64,000 nucleotides of DNA from a virus, in IMG/VR virus record IMGVR_UViG_2919361683_000002, positions 17,711 to 81,710 of that record. One strand, 5' to 3'. The notes beneath the pieces are model-generated. The model did not search any database and was not told where the DNA came from. It saw only the letters and a list, made by a program, of their open reading frames with translations. Every line of letters starts with the position of its first letter. The stretch's first letter is position 1. This document shows positions 48,066 through 58,270 of the stretch, in pieces. Position numbers and translations under genes: made by a program.

Positions 48066-48081
48066 TGTTCCACGTGAAACG
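48066..48081. promoter_or_regulatory. parS-like (Spo0J/ParB) site
   Basis: TGTTCCACGTGAAACG, 15/16 match to Bacillus TGTTNCACGTGAAACA; intergenic. Confidence 0.7.
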
Positions 48082-48090
48082 TATGAAAGG

Positions 48091-48354
48091 ATGTGTTTAC
48101 GGATGAAAGAAACTATTTCTAATAAATTAATTGTCGATGCATTGAACGCTGCTACACATGCAACCGGAATCATATATAAGGAGCACACACCATTTGAACT
48201 CAGACGTGTAATGTTGGAGCTGGCTGAAAATGGAGCTTGCGATAGTGAATATGAAGGTGATGGTTATTTTACAATTGGATTAGTTGATACTATTCATATT
48301 GGTGAAATGTCGGACATTTTCATAGCTAAGAATATGATTAAAAATTATTCATAA
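48091..48354 (+). CDS. Hypothetical protein
   Basis: 87 aa ORF followed by terminator 48367-48389. Confidence 0.7.
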   Translation: MCLRMKETISNKLIVDALNAATHATGIIYKEHTPFELRRVMLELAENGACDSEYEGDGYFTIGLVDTIHIGEMSDIFIAKNMIKNYS

Positions 48355-48489
48355 CACCTACTTTTAACCCGTCTAAAAGACGGTTTTTTATTGTTTTAAT
48401 ATAAAAAAATAAATAAATATATTGATGTAACGACTCGTTTATGCTATAATAAATACATAAAGAACAAGAGATAACGAGGTGAAAACATA

Positions 48490-48585
48490 ATGAGTCAATC
48501 AAAATTAGCAATAATAAAAAGCCAATGGCAACGTAAGCAAATTTTAAAAAGTCAAACTGTATACGGTCACTTGGTATTGAGATAA
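48490..48585 (+). CDS. Small basic peptide, 31 aa (MSQSKLAIIKSQWQRKQILKSQTVYGHLVLR)
   Basis: GAGGTG RBS just after promoter TTGATG-17-TATAAT (48422-48450). Confidence 0.5.
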   Translation: MSQSKLAIIKSQWQRKQILKSQTVYGHLVLR

Positions 48586-48623
48586 TAATAAAACTCATCA
48601 CACAAATATAATTAAAATAAAAG

Positions 48624-49268
48624 GTGGTTGTTAGTATGGGGAACATTAATAATATGAACATGGTAGAAAAATTAGACTGGCTTTCTGAATCTCTAGCAAC
48701 TGCAATTACAAATGTAGCATATACTTCTTGGAAACACTTGAGCGATGAACAAAAAGAGTTGGTAAAAGTGGCATTTCATGAAGACTTGAAATCCAATGAT
48801 GTTGAGATTACTGACGAACTTATTAAAGAAGTTAAAAAGGAGTTTCCAGGATCGCCTATGGCTTCAATGCTCATTGAATACATAAGTAAATTCACAAAGG
48901 TTACGAAACAACTTAAGCAGGATTCCAAAACAACAATTATTAAATTTGATGAGTTTGGCTTTCCTATGGTTCTTCATACAGTTATTAAAGGGTTCGAAAT
49001 TGAACCTTACGCACAATATAGTGATTCTCTTGTGATTGAGCATAAGCCAAAACAAAAAAGAAAAGCATGGAAAACAAGGGTTTTGCCATATGAGGAATTA
49101 ATGATATATAACGGATGGGTTGAAATTGACACTGACAAAATAATGCATAATGTAATTAAGTCAGATGAGTATGTGACAATTAAACAGTCTAAATATAAAT
49201 GTTTTGATAAAAGTTTTCTGAGTGATATAAAAGGCTTAATTAATCAACAACCTTTAATAATAGTATAA
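48624..49268 (+). CDS. Hypothetical early protein
   Basis: 214 aa; C-terminal domain similar to 47129-47773. Confidence 0.75.
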   Translation: MVVSMGNINNMNMVEKLDWLSESLATAITNVAYTSWKHLSDEQKELVKVAFHEDLKSNDVEITDELIKEVKKEFPGSPMASMLIEYISKFTKVTKQLKQDSKTTIIKFDEFGFPMVLHTVIKGFEIEPYAQYSDSLVIEHKPKQKRKAWKTRVLPYEELMIYNGWVEIDTDKIMHNVIKSDEYVTIKQSKYKCFDKSFLSDIKGLINQQPLIIV

Positions 49269-49333
49269 ATGAATCAGATTTCTATATACAAAAATAATTA
49301 AATGTGTTATAATAATATCATAAAGAAGAAGAG

Positions 49334-52300
49334 GTGATTCAGATGTGGTATGGTGATAAAAGAGAAGCAAAAGTGAATATTGCTATGGCTTTGATTGAAA
49401 AAGGATGGAAAATTTATGGATTCAAAAATGATGAATCTAATATGATGGTTGACTATTATTCACCAGCAGACTGGGGCGGTATTGCTGAAAAAGATGGATT
49501 TATTCTTTGTATTGACCAATCTAGCTTGTCCTATAGCGGATATCAAGCAAAGGAATACATAGGTGGTAATGCTGTATATAAAACTAATGCACGTATTCAA
49601 AAACTTGAAGCAATGATGAATGATGAGGCTTCAACTGATAACGAAAAGGCTTCTTGTGCAGTATTGATTGAGAAGGAAAAAGAAAAAGCAGATATGATTG
49701 AGAAGTATAAAGTTATTGAAACGTATCCTACATTTTCGCATCCAAATCCTAAAAGTTGTTCGTGGCATATTGAAAAAGACGGTCAAATTATTGCTAAGGG
49801 TACGGGCGTATTCGCTTGCTATCAAAATAATGACCACATTGAAGCTAATCGTATCGAACGTGATAACAAAATAAATAAATTGATTGCACGTTTTGAAAAA
49901 GCAGTCAAAGATACAGGCGCACTAAAAACTGAAGTGGTTAAGGTTGAAAAGAAAGTTATCAAACCAGTTGAAAAAGAAGACAAAACTATCAATGTTAACG
50001 ATGTATTATCTTTTTCTTATCATGGGCATTATTGGGTAGTTACTGACATCTATACAAACTCAAAAGCACAAACCTGTGTTACCTACGAACTTTTGGGTAG
50101 TGGAAAAAGAGGGTATCAGCGTCTAAATGGTATGAGTGTTAAGCGCTATTACCAAACACTCGATAGATTAAACAAAGGGATTGAAGAAGGAACTGTTAAA
50201 GTACACACCTTGCAAGAGGTTATAGAATACCAAGAAAAAACAGTGTTCAAGAAGGCAGCTCGTAAACAGACCGTTTCTAATGTTCCAGCTATTGAAACAA
50301 CAGAAGAGACAAAGGAGCGCGATGAAGATGTGAACGTGTCTCCTGAAGTAGTAGTATCATACAACGATGAGAAGAAAGGTATTGAGATCCGTTTCCCGTC
50401 TAAACCCGAAAGTAATATTATTGAACAACTTAAGGCTTATGGTTTTAGATGGTCTAAACGTGGGTTTTGGTATGCTAAACAGTCAGATAAAACAAATCAA
50501 TTCGCAAGTTCATTGCAAGCGGACTATAACAATCATAACAACATTAACGAAACGGTTAGTATTGCAGTGTTTGAAGATATTAATATTGATGACCTTCACA
50601 TGTACATTGTCTCAGATGAATTACAATCACGTTTACATTCATCTAGTCTGTTTCAGGTAGACTATAAAAAGGATAGTTTCAATACATTTAACGAACTCCA
50701 AAAAGCCGCTCTAAATGTGCTATCGCAAGCAGACAATGAATATCTTCAATACCAAATTAAAAAGTACTTACAATCCTTTAAGCAGCGTTATTATAAACAA
50801 TACATTAAAATACTTAATCATCGCGCAAATAATCCTTCATGGGCTGTTACTGGGCGAGGTGGATTAAACGTTCAACGCTATAACAAAATGCAGGACAGAT
50901 ATGGAAATTTATTGAGTCAGTTTTCAGATATGAAAAAAGAATTTGATAATCGTATGGATAAATTCAAAACAAGAATTTGTCAATTAAAAAAAGAAAGATT
51001 AGATAAAGAAGTTAATGAAGTTGTAGAAATACCAGAATTTAAGATAGATCGTAAGCAAATTACTGTATCAGGTTACACAAAGACAACACGAGTGTACATT
51101 TATAAGAACTATATGATTGCTAAGTCGTGGGGAATGTATCGTATTTTTAAGGATGGGAAAGAAGTAGACACAAACCTAAAAACCACTAGCCGACTAGATG
51201 AGGCCAAAAGATTTGTTGCATATTTAAATAGCAAGGATGAGCCAGAAAGAACGAATGAAAATAATGATAAAAGACGAATTTTACAAGAAGAATCAGAAAG
51301 TAAAAATAGCAATCAGCAGCAATACAATAGCAAGATAAATAAGCAATTAGAATCAGCAACAAAGAAACTGAATGCCTTATCTGGTGATTATCAGACTAAC
51401 ACATGGAAACGCCAGCAAGAAGCAGCAAGCCGAGAACAGAAAAAAGAAAATCTGAAATTAGAAATTAGTATTCTAGAGTATCTAAAGGAAAAAGCATGTA
51501 GCAATACAATGGACAAATTCGACATAGCTTTATTAGTAGGTAGCTTTAGAGAAGATATGAGAATTAAATATAGATCAAGAGGTAGATATAATAATGAAGT
51601 AAAATATCCGACTATTAATCCTGATGCTGATGTTAACGGTTGGTGGAATCAAGAAGTTCCAAAAATGCAGAAGCGATTAAACAAAGTAGGAATACACAAT
51701 ACAGAGCAATACAATGAAGCAATAGATAAATATGCTGCACTTGTAAAAACTATAGAAAGACCAGCCAATCCAGTACAACAGAAGATTAAGAAAATGGAAA
51801 GTGAAGTTAAGCTCAGTAAAATTGATGGATATTTCCCGACACCTAAAACAATTGTTCAACGCATGATTGAATTGGCAGACATACAAGGTGGTGAAACCAT
51901 TTTGGAACCAAGCGCTGGCAACGGCAATATTTTAGACGGTGTAAATGAATATATACAAGACAATAACCTAAATACAGATTTGCAATGTATAGAGTGGAAT
52001 TATACGCTACGTCAAATTCTTGAGTTAAAACAATACAAGTTAGTTGCTAATGATTTTATCGAATTTACGCCATTTACTAAGTACAATAAAATAATTATGA
52101 ATCCACCATTCGAAAAAAGCAAAGACGTTGATCACGTATTAAAAGCATACGACTGTCTTAAGGATGGAGGAAGGCTCATTGCTATAATGTCACCACATTG
52201 GACATTCGCTAATGATACCAAGAGTATTCAGTTTCGTAACTGGTTAAATGACAAGGGATATTATGAGAAACTTCCAGAAGGTTCATTCAAGGAGTCGGGA

Positions 52301-52366
52301 ACCGGGGTCAGTACAGTGTTGGTAGTTATTGAAAAAGTTGAAGAAGAGAGAGTAAGAGTAAACTAA
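49334..52366 (+). CDS. Large multidomain protein with C-terminal N6-adenine DNA methyltransferase
   Basis: YFPTP, LEPSAGNG (SAM-binding), MNPPF, F.ESGT.V; long N-terminal polyvalent region. Confidence 0.88.
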   Translation: MIQMWYGDKREAKVNIAMALIEKGWKIYGFKNDESNMMVDYYSPADWGGIAEKDGFILCIDQSSLSYSGYQAKEYIGGNAVYKTNARIQKLEAMMNDEASTDNEKASCAVLIEKEKEKADMIEKYKVIETYPTFSHPNPKSCSWHIEKDGQIIAKGTGVFACYQNNDHIEANRIERDNKINKLIARFEKAVKDTGALKTEVVKVEKKVIKPVEKEDKTINVNDVLSFSYHGHYWVVTDIYTNSKAQTCVTYELLGSGKRGYQRLNGMSVKRYYQTLDRLNKGIEEGTVKVHTLQEVIEYQEKTVFKKAARKQTVSNVPAIETTEETKERDEDVNVSPEVVVSYNDEKKGIEIRFPSKPESNIIEQLKAYGFRWSKRGFWYAKQSDKTNQFASSLQADYNNHNNINETVSIAVFEDINIDDLHMYIVSDELQSRLHSSSLFQVDYKKDSFNTFNELQKAALNVLSQADNEYLQYQIKKYLQSFKQRYYKQYIKILNHRANNPSWAVTGRGGLNVQRYNKMQDRYGNLLSQFSDMKKEFDNRMDKFKTRICQLKKERLDKEVNEVVEIPEFKIDRKQITVSGYTKTTRVYIYKNYMIAKSWGMYRIFKDGKEVDTNLKTTSRLDEAKRFVAYLNSKDEPERTNENNDKRRILQEESESKNSNQQQYNSKINKQLESATKKLNALSGDYQTNTWKRQQEAASREQKKENLKLEISILEYLKEKACSNTMDKFDIALLVGSFREDMRIKYRSRGRYNNEVKYPTINPDADVNGWWNQEVPKMQKRLNKVGIHNTEQYNEAIDKYAALVKTIERPANPVQQKIKKMESEVKLSKIDGYFPTPKTIVQRMIELADIQGGETILEPSAGNGNILDGVNEYIQDNNLNTDLQCIEWNYTLRQILELKQYKLVANDFIEFTPFTKYNKIIMNPPFEKSKDVDHVLKAYDCLKDGGRLIAIMSPHWTFANDTKSIQFRNWLNDKGYYEKLPEGSFKESGTGVSTVLVVIEKVEEERVRVN

Positions 52367-52402
52367 TGATTTAGAATTTGAGGGAGGAAAGGCGGTGGTT
52401 AC

Positions 52403-52606
52403 ATGAGAAAGAATAAACCTCAGAGAAAGCCTGCTGGCGTATCACGGCTATATTGGAGCTATTTACAGGGGAACTTAGATCTTGCTGAATTAACTCTAAA
52501 ACAATTTAATCAGATTGTACTGGAGCAATACATAGAATATAAACAGCATGGTGGATATAAGTCTTTTGAAGAGTATTACGCCTATGTTCAGTCTAAAGGG
52601 TTATAA
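52403..52606 (+). CDS. Hypothetical protein
   Basis: Stop TAA is the left arm of the 52604 site. Confidence 0.7.
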   Translation: MRKNKPQRKPAGVSRLYWSYLQGNLDLAELTLKQFNQIVLEQYIEYKQHGGYKSFEEYYAYVQSKGL

Positions 52607-52743
52607 AACTGATATTTTACTGAAATTTATAGGGTAATTATGTACAAATCCAATATACAAAAATAAATAAACTATTGAATATAATGAAATGGCGTAGTAT
52701 AATAAACACATAAGATAAGTTAATACATAGGAGGCGGTTCACA

Positions 52744-53031
52744 ATGGAATGGTATTATGAGCGCTCTGAAAGAATTAAGGCAGCTAAACAGGAGAGACTT
52801 GAACAAGAGAAGTGCGCGAAATATACAGAGGTCAAACTTGAGGGGACAGCAGCTATTCAAACAGGATATACTAAACTCGGTAAAAAAGTTGTATTTGAAT
52901 CTTGTATGGGGTTTTCGTCTCAAAGCAAGTACGGTGCTGGCACTTTAAGTGTTTATGAAGGAGACGAAAGAAAAATAGTTTTCACAAAAGGATATCCATC
53001 TAAAGCTCTTGATTATATGATGAAACATTAA
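52744..53031 (+). CDS. Hypothetical protein
   Basis: AGGAGG RBS; promoter TTGAAT-17-TATAAT (52675-52703). Confidence 0.8.
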   Translation: MEWYYERSERIKAAKQERLEQEKCAKYTEVKLEGTAAIQTGYTKLGKKVVFESCMGFSSQSKYGAGTLSVYEGDERKIVFTKGYPSKALDYMMKH

Positions 53032-53121
53032 AAAACAATCGAAACATAGTATAGTGCAAGTAACAATGTACTGTAACGATTTAAAATACTCATTTTATCG
53101 GAATAATTGGAGGAATAAACA

Positions 53122-53367
53122 ATGAGAATAGGTATACTTTATGCGATAGTATTGGTCTTTGAAAATGGTGGACAGAACATGAAAAGTTTTGAAGATGAGG
53201 AAAGTGCCGTTTCTGAATCTAACGTCCTGATAGACGCAATAAAGAAAAGTAAAAGAAAAGGTCTTAAAGTCTATCTGTCTGAATTAGAATATGACAAAGA
53301 CAAAAATGACTGTTTAGTAGAAAGTAAACTTATTGATGAGTATTCTGAATTGTTATTTCAAAGCTGA
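53122..53367 (+). CDS. Hypothetical protein
   Basis: GGAGG RBS; flanked by sites 53082 and 53396. Confidence 0.8.
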   Translation: MRIGILYAIVLVFENGGQNMKSFEDEESAVSESNVLIDAIKKSKRKGLKVYLSELEYDKDKNDCLVESKLIDEYSELLFQS

Positions 53368-53427
53368 TGGATAACTGTTTTTATGAAATACTCAGTAAAA
53401 GAGTGATTTTAAAAGGAGAGATTGTCA

Positions 53428-53595
53428 ATGTGGACAAAAGGAAGGAAGCAGACTTTAGCAGAAGAAGTGATAGAGCTTTTAAGAGATAAAGGAATTGATT
53501 TTAGCGAAGAAATTATCGGTAACATTTTATTGAATAAATTAACTGAAAGAGAAGTCGAGGAATTAAGAAATGTTCTGTATGATGTTTCTAAATAA
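53428..53595 (+). CDS. Small hypothetical protein, 55 aa (MWTKGRKQTLAEEVIELLRDKG...)
   Basis: Not in ORF track; AAGGAG RBS abuts site 53396, stop in site 53593. Confidence 0.75.
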   Translation: MWTKGRKQTLAEEVIELLRDKGIDFSEEIIGNILLNKLTEREVEELRNVLYDVSK

Positions 53596-53713
53596 AATTC
53601 TTGTTTTACATAGATGCAATTGTATGAATATTCAAAATTTAAAGTATAACATTCGCATTAAGTGATATTTTTACCCGTAATACTGCATATTTATAAATAT
53701 CTTATGAAGGAGC

Positions 53714-53965
53714 ATGAAAATAATGAAGATTGAAAAATTTGTTGAGCAAATCACTACGAAGCTTGATTCAGAAGGATTGTATTATGAAGTGTCAGGTGAT
53801 CAATTTACATTCGTTATCTCTCCTACATGTACAATACATACTAATCATTGCACAATCGAGATATACAAAAACAGTATTAAGGTTAATGAGCAGCCCGTAG
53901 CAGGTATTGAAGAAATGATGGAAGAAGTTATGGATGTTGAACGTGGAGGTGTAATTTATGGATAA
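53714..53965 (+). CDS. Hypothetical protein
   Basis: AAGGAG RBS. Confidence 0.75.
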   Translation: MKIMKIEKFVEQITTKLDSEGLYYEVSGDQFTFVISPTCTIHTNHCTIEIYKNSIKVNEQPVAGIEEMMEEVMDVERGGVIYG

Positions 53966-54122
53966 GAATGAAATGAAAAATCTAATGAAAGAACTGCTCA
54001 AGGAAGAAATGGTTATTCGTGTCTCAGATGCAAGTGATATGTATAATGACGGAAGAAAGACTCTTAGAATCTCGATAGAGTTCGAGGGGTTAGAAATTGA
54101 TTCAGATTTTATTGATGTTTAA
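53958..54122 (+). CDS. Small acidic protein, 54 aa (MDKNEMKNLMKELLKEE...)
   Basis: Not in ORF track; GGAGGT RBS, overlaps upstream stop. Confidence 0.7.
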   Translation: MDKNEMKNLMKELLKEEMVIRVSDASDMYNDGRKTLRISIEFEGLEIDSDFIDV

Positions 54123-54160
54123 TCTATGTAAAATGCTTATTTTACTACTCATAAAAGGAT

Positions 54161-54871
54161 GTGGTTAATATACCAATAAATAATAATAAGAAAGCAAGAT
54201 TGAAGTGGCAAACAACTCATAAAATTATAGGGAGTAAAGATCATAAATTATGTAGCATATGTAATGGATATTTTACTTTAGACAATTTCTATTCCAATAA
54301 AGCTAATAGTATTGACGGTTTAAGCCCTTACTGCAAAACATGTACAAAAGAGAAATCTAATAAATGGGCAAAAGATAACTACGATAGAAGATTAGAAATC
54401 AAAAGAAATAACAATAAGGCTCCGAATGCTATGGTTAATCAGCGCGAAAATACTAGGAGAAAACGTGAAAATGGATATTATAAAGATCATTATAGAAAAA
54501 ATTTTCATAAATACAAAGACTATTGGAAACGAAGAAGTAAAAAGAAGCATGACATATCTGAACAAGAATGGAAATCGTGCAAGGATTATTTTAATGATGA
54601 ATGTGCTTATTGTTCATTGCCTGCAAATAAACATTTCATTTTAAGAAATGAGAACTTAATTCTAATGGAGTTACATAGAGAGCATGTTGACGATAAAGGT
54701 GCTAACGATCTAAGCAATTGTATCCCATCTTGTCGAGATTGCAATAGTTGTAAATCAACTTATTCTCTTTCTGAGTGGTATGATGAAACCAATGTAAATT
54801 TTAGTATTGAGCGATTGAAGAGAATACATAACTGGTTAAACGAAGATTATAAAAAATATTTAAGAACTTGA
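54161..54871 (+). CDS. HNH endonuclease with N-terminal Zn finger
   Basis: CSIC..DGL..YCK.C; CAYC..HREHV...G.N..SNCIPSC..CN..K. Confidence 0.88.
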   Translation: MVNIPINNNKKARLKWQTTHKIIGSKDHKLCSICNGYFTLDNFYSNKANSIDGLSPYCKTCTKEKSNKWAKDNYDRRLEIKRNNNKAPNAMVNQRENTRRKRENGYYKDHYRKNFHKYKDYWKRRSKKKHDISEQEWKSCKDYFNDECAYCSLPANKHFILRNENLILMELHREHVDDKGANDLSNCIPSCRDCNSCKSTYSLSEWYDETNVNFSIERLKRIHNWLNEDYKKYLRT

Positions 54872-54941
54872 TAAAGCCAGTCATTTACATAGATTGTACA
54901 TCATAATGAACCATATGTTATAATTTAGGAAAAAGGTATGG

Positions 54942-55139
54942 GTGAATTTTATGAGACTAAAAACAAAAAACTGTTTTGCTCTTTTGGGGGCTAGCTTAAT
55001 ACTGGGATATACTATTTATTCTATTCAAAATCCTGACACTAGTTCGGAGCATGCTGCCAATGTAGCGTTCGCTGTTATGCAAAGACTTATTGGAGCTATT
55101 GCAACTGTGGCAAATGCAACACATATAGTAATTAATTAG
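54942..55139 (+). CDS. Small membrane/secreted protein
   Basis: Hydrophobic N-terminus; own -10 TGTTATAAT and terminator 55139-55162. Confidence 0.6.
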   Translation: MNFMRLKTKNCFALLGASLILGYTIYSIQNPDTSSEHAANVAFAVMQRLIGAIATVANATHIVIN

Positions 55140-55313
55140 GCAGCCTTCAAGGTTGCTTTTTTATTTGGTTTTCTTTTTTAAAAACAAAAATAATAAAATT
55201 AATATAATTGACGGAAAGAGATATTATGGTATAATTAAGACAGATAGAAGAAATACATATCATTGAATTAAGATAATTATTTTACTATATCATCTCAAAA
55301 GGAATGGTGATTC

Positions 55314-55628
55314 ATGTTTAAGAACGTTAGAGCATTTATTACAAATGGATCTGGTAAGTGGGCAAATTTTCCCTTGAGTGATGAGGAGAAGAATGAAATC
55401 AAAGACTCTTTCGACGATGATTATTCTTCTTTACGTGTTAGCCCATCATTAACATACTTTCTTGACGACGATTTTAAAAGATGTATTGAGGTCAATACTT
55501 CGGAAATGAATTTAGATCAACTAGATGAATTAGCTAAAGCAATTGAATACTACACAGAAAAAAGAAGAAAGAACGCATATATAAAGAGTATGGAACAGGT
55601 CGGAAAATTGAAAATAGGGAAGTTTTGA
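55314..55628 (+). CDS. Hypothetical protein
   Basis: 104 aa; promoter TTGACG/TATAAT 55208-55235. Confidence 0.7.
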   Translation: MFKNVRAFITNGSGKWANFPLSDEEKNEIKDSFDDDYSSLRVSPSLTYFLDDDFKRCIEVNTSEMNLDQLDELAKAIEYYTEKRRKNAYIKSMEQVGKLKIGKF

Positions 55629-55667
55629 TCAAATTTTAAATTCATCAAAACTTTGGAGGAATAACAA

Positions 55668-55895
55668 ATGGAAAACATTAAAAATCTACATGTCCAACCT
55701 GCTGTCGTTTTTGAAAATGAAGGTGAGAAACTTGTACTTATTAAAGGGAAATCGAATGTTGTACTTGTTACTGATGAAACAGATTATGATAAGGAATATT
55801 CTGGTTTGATTACTGACTTAAATGAAGATTATGTAGAAATTGAAAATGGGTTAATGATTAAATGGGAATACGTTATTAGTATCGAAAGTAAATAA
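55668..55895 (+). CDS. Small beta-rich hypothetical protein
   Basis: GGAGG RBS; 75 aa. Confidence 0.7.
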   Translation: MENIKNLHVQPAVVFENEGEKLVLIKGKSNVVLVTDETDYDKEYSGLITDLNEDYVEIENGLMIKWEYVISIESK

Positions 55896-55925
55896 ACAAT
55901 GAGGTAAAATGTTACTTTTACAATG

Positions 55926-55965
55926 AAAGAGAAGCGCTGAGAAATACCTCAAGCGCTTCTCTTTT
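55926..55965. terminator. Bidirectional terminator
   Basis: AAAGAGAAGCGCT...AGCGCTTCTCTTTT between convergent genes. Confidence 0.8.
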
Positions 55966-56081
55966 TATTAACTATGCCAATTGTTATATAGCACCCTAGA
56001 CAATATATAAAGCACAATTAATATGCCAAGCACTATTCCTACTATTGAATATACTTTTTTTCTCATTGTAAAATCCTTTAA

Positions 56082-56786
56082 TTATGACTTTGAAAATGAT
56101 GAACCATGAGAACCATCGGTAAAACCCCAAATTGTGTGTGTGCCAACACCTACTACAGCTCCAAGTGAAGAATGTATAAAGTTCCAAGTGAAGTAAGCAG
56201 TTTCGTAAGCTCTGCTCTTATCTGAATTAATGTATGGTTTATCTTCTTTTATGCTGATATTAACAACAGGGAACCAGTTTCTAGTAACCAATCCACCACC
56301 ATTTATTATTTCGGTTATTTTGCCTCCACTAACCCTGTACTGTACATACACTTGAGTTGTAATTATATTGACACCCAATGTTGATGCCACTGTTTCAGCA
56401 TAAGGCTTATAGACGGCAGCAAAAGGAGTAATGGCGTGTTCAGGTTCCTTTTGCGTTACTCTAACTTTTATGTCTCCATTGTATAAGTCCGCATCTTTTC
56501 CACTTTGCATTGCGTTAAATATAGCTTTAATTGCTTCAGGATTATTCATGTAATCAACAAATTTCTGTTGATCTTCTTTTGAGAGTTTCGTGAATTGCTC
56601 TAAAACAACAGATGAATCATTATTATTCTGTACGCTTAGGCCTTTATTATTGGACTTTAGATAATTGATATAATCTTCCGGGGTGTTAATAGATAAATCT
56701 TGTGCATTAACTGAGTAAGGAAGAATACCTAAACACAATACCAACACGACAAACAAACTTAGCATTTTTTTCACTTTATTAATCAC
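56082..56786 (-). CDS. Secreted protein (moron, opposite strand)
   Basis: Signal peptide ending VNA; AAGGAG RBS. Confidence 0.8.
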   Translation of the reverse strand: MINKVKKMLSLFVVLVLCLGILPYSVNAQDLSINTPEDYINYLKSNNKGLSVQNNNDSSVVLEQFTKLSKEDQQKFVDYMNNPEAIKAIFNAMQSGKDADLYNGDIKVRVTQKEPEHAITPFAAVYKPYAETVASTLGVNIITTQVYVQYRVSGGKITEIINGGGLVTRNWFPVVNISIKEDKPYINSDKSRAYETAYFTWNFIHSSLGAVVGVGTHTIWGFTDGSHGSSFSKS

Positions 56787-57003
56787 TCCTTAGTAATAAT
56801 AGTAAAACAAAACCATTCAATATATAATAATGGATTTGTTTTACAAGGAATATCCTACCATGCGCTAAAAAAATTATCAAATATCAAGAATCGGTATCAA
56901 AACGAAACCAATAAATAAAAATAATTAAATATTGACATAGAGTATAATGGGTGTTAGTATTATTTTATAAGTTATTAAAATTTTTTTTAACGGAGGTGAA
57001 CGC

Positions 57004-57180
57004 ATGACATTGAGAGAAAGAACAATTCAATTAATCAGTGATAAAGGAATTAAAAAATCCTTTATAGCTGGTAAATTGAGTATCAGTAATTCGTTATTCT
57101 CACTATTTATTAATGGGAAACAGCCTCTACAGAAACCTGAAATAATTAAACTGGAAGAGTTAATTGAATCGTACAAATGA
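57004..57180 (+). CDS. Cro/Xre-like HTH protein, 58 aa (MTLRERTIQLISDKGIKKSFIAGKLSIS...)
   Basis: Not in ORF track; GGAGGTG RBS; TTGACA promoter at 56932. Confidence 0.85.
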   Translation: MTLRERTIQLISDKGIKKSFIAGKLSISNSLFSLFINGKQPLQKPEIIKLEELIESYK

Positions 57181-57214
57181 TGATGAATAAATACAATTAA
57201 AAGGAGAATTAAAC

Positions 57215-58270
57215 ATGGGAGCATTATTGAAATTACACGCAGAAAACTTTGTGGAAGATAAAAATGTTAGAGATCAATACATAAATAAAACTGAAGTATT
57301 ACAAAAGGTAAAGTCGCTTTCACTGTTACCAGATAATCAGCATATGACAGTAAAAGCAGTGGCTGAATACTATGAAGTTGAATATCAAACTATTATAAAT
57401 GTCCTTAATAGACACAAATCAGAGTTTGAAAAAGATGGTGTTAAGACGATAAACAATAAAGATGAGGGTTATTTCAAAGTGAAAGAAGCCTTATCTACTG
57501 GGCAATTCATAGTTAAACTAGTACCGCGTAAAGCGATTTTAAGAATTGGAATGTTGTTAAGAGATAGTAAGGTGGCAATTAAGGTTAGAGATTATTTACT
57601 AAGAGTTGAAGAAGTGTCAACTGAGGAACAAAAGAGAAGTGTTTGGTCTGATGATGATATTGTTAAATTGAACGAAATTATGAAAGACGAAAGGAAAAAG
57701 GGGAATAGTAAATGGGGGGCTATTAGGATGGCTGCTAAGTTCTTCAGCAAAAACCCTCATGCTGTTTATCAGAAATATCAGAATGTCACTAAGAAACATG
57801 GATCTTTGGACGAGTATATAAATAATAATAATTTGGTGTTTTTGAATAAAAAATCTGAGGAAATTCACAATGGAGAAGTTGAAGTAATTGACCAGACACC
57901 AAAACAAGAAGCGCAAAACTCCCCATTAGTAGGAGCCTTTCAAACAAAAATAAACAGAATATTAGATAATATGAAAAATACCAATGAACTTGAAGCAACA
58001 ATAAATGAACTTAAATTAGAAGTAAAAGAATTAAAACATAATTTACAAATTAGAGATATAGAAATAGCTACATTTGATGAAAGTCTTGCTAAAAGAGATA
58101 GACTTATAAGCAAACTCAAAAAAGAAAAATTAGCTTTAGAAACTAGTGTAAAAGCAATTCGAAAAATAGTTTTAAATGGCACAAAAACAAGCAATATTGA
58201 AGAAAATAGCAAGCCTGAAGGACTTATCTATACACATGATAAGAGTGGTATAGTGGAGGTAAAAAACTAA
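57215..58270 (+). CDS. Antirepressor-like DNA-binding domain fused to RsfA/Myb-like domain and coiled coil
   Basis: VAEYYEV..RKAILRIGMLLRDSKVA..VRDYLL; WSDDD...AAKFFSKNPHAVYQKY; terminator 58287-58314. Confidence 0.7.
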   Translation: MGALLKLHAENFVEDKNVRDQYINKTEVLQKVKSLSLLPDNQHMTVKAVAEYYEVEYQTIINVLNRHKSEFEKDGVKTINNKDEGYFKVKEALSTGQFIVKLVPRKAILRIGMLLRDSKVAIKVRDYLLRVEEVSTEEQKRSVWSDDDIVKLNEIMKDERKKGNSKWGAIRMAAKFFSKNPHAVYQKYQNVTKKHGSLDEYINNNNLVFLNKKSEEIHNGEVEVIDQTPKQEAQNSPLVGAFQTKINRILDNMKNTNELEATINELKLEVKELKHNLQIRDIEIATFDESLAKRDRLISKLKKEKLALETSVKAIRKIVLNGTKTSNIEENSKPEGLIYTHDKSGIVEVKN

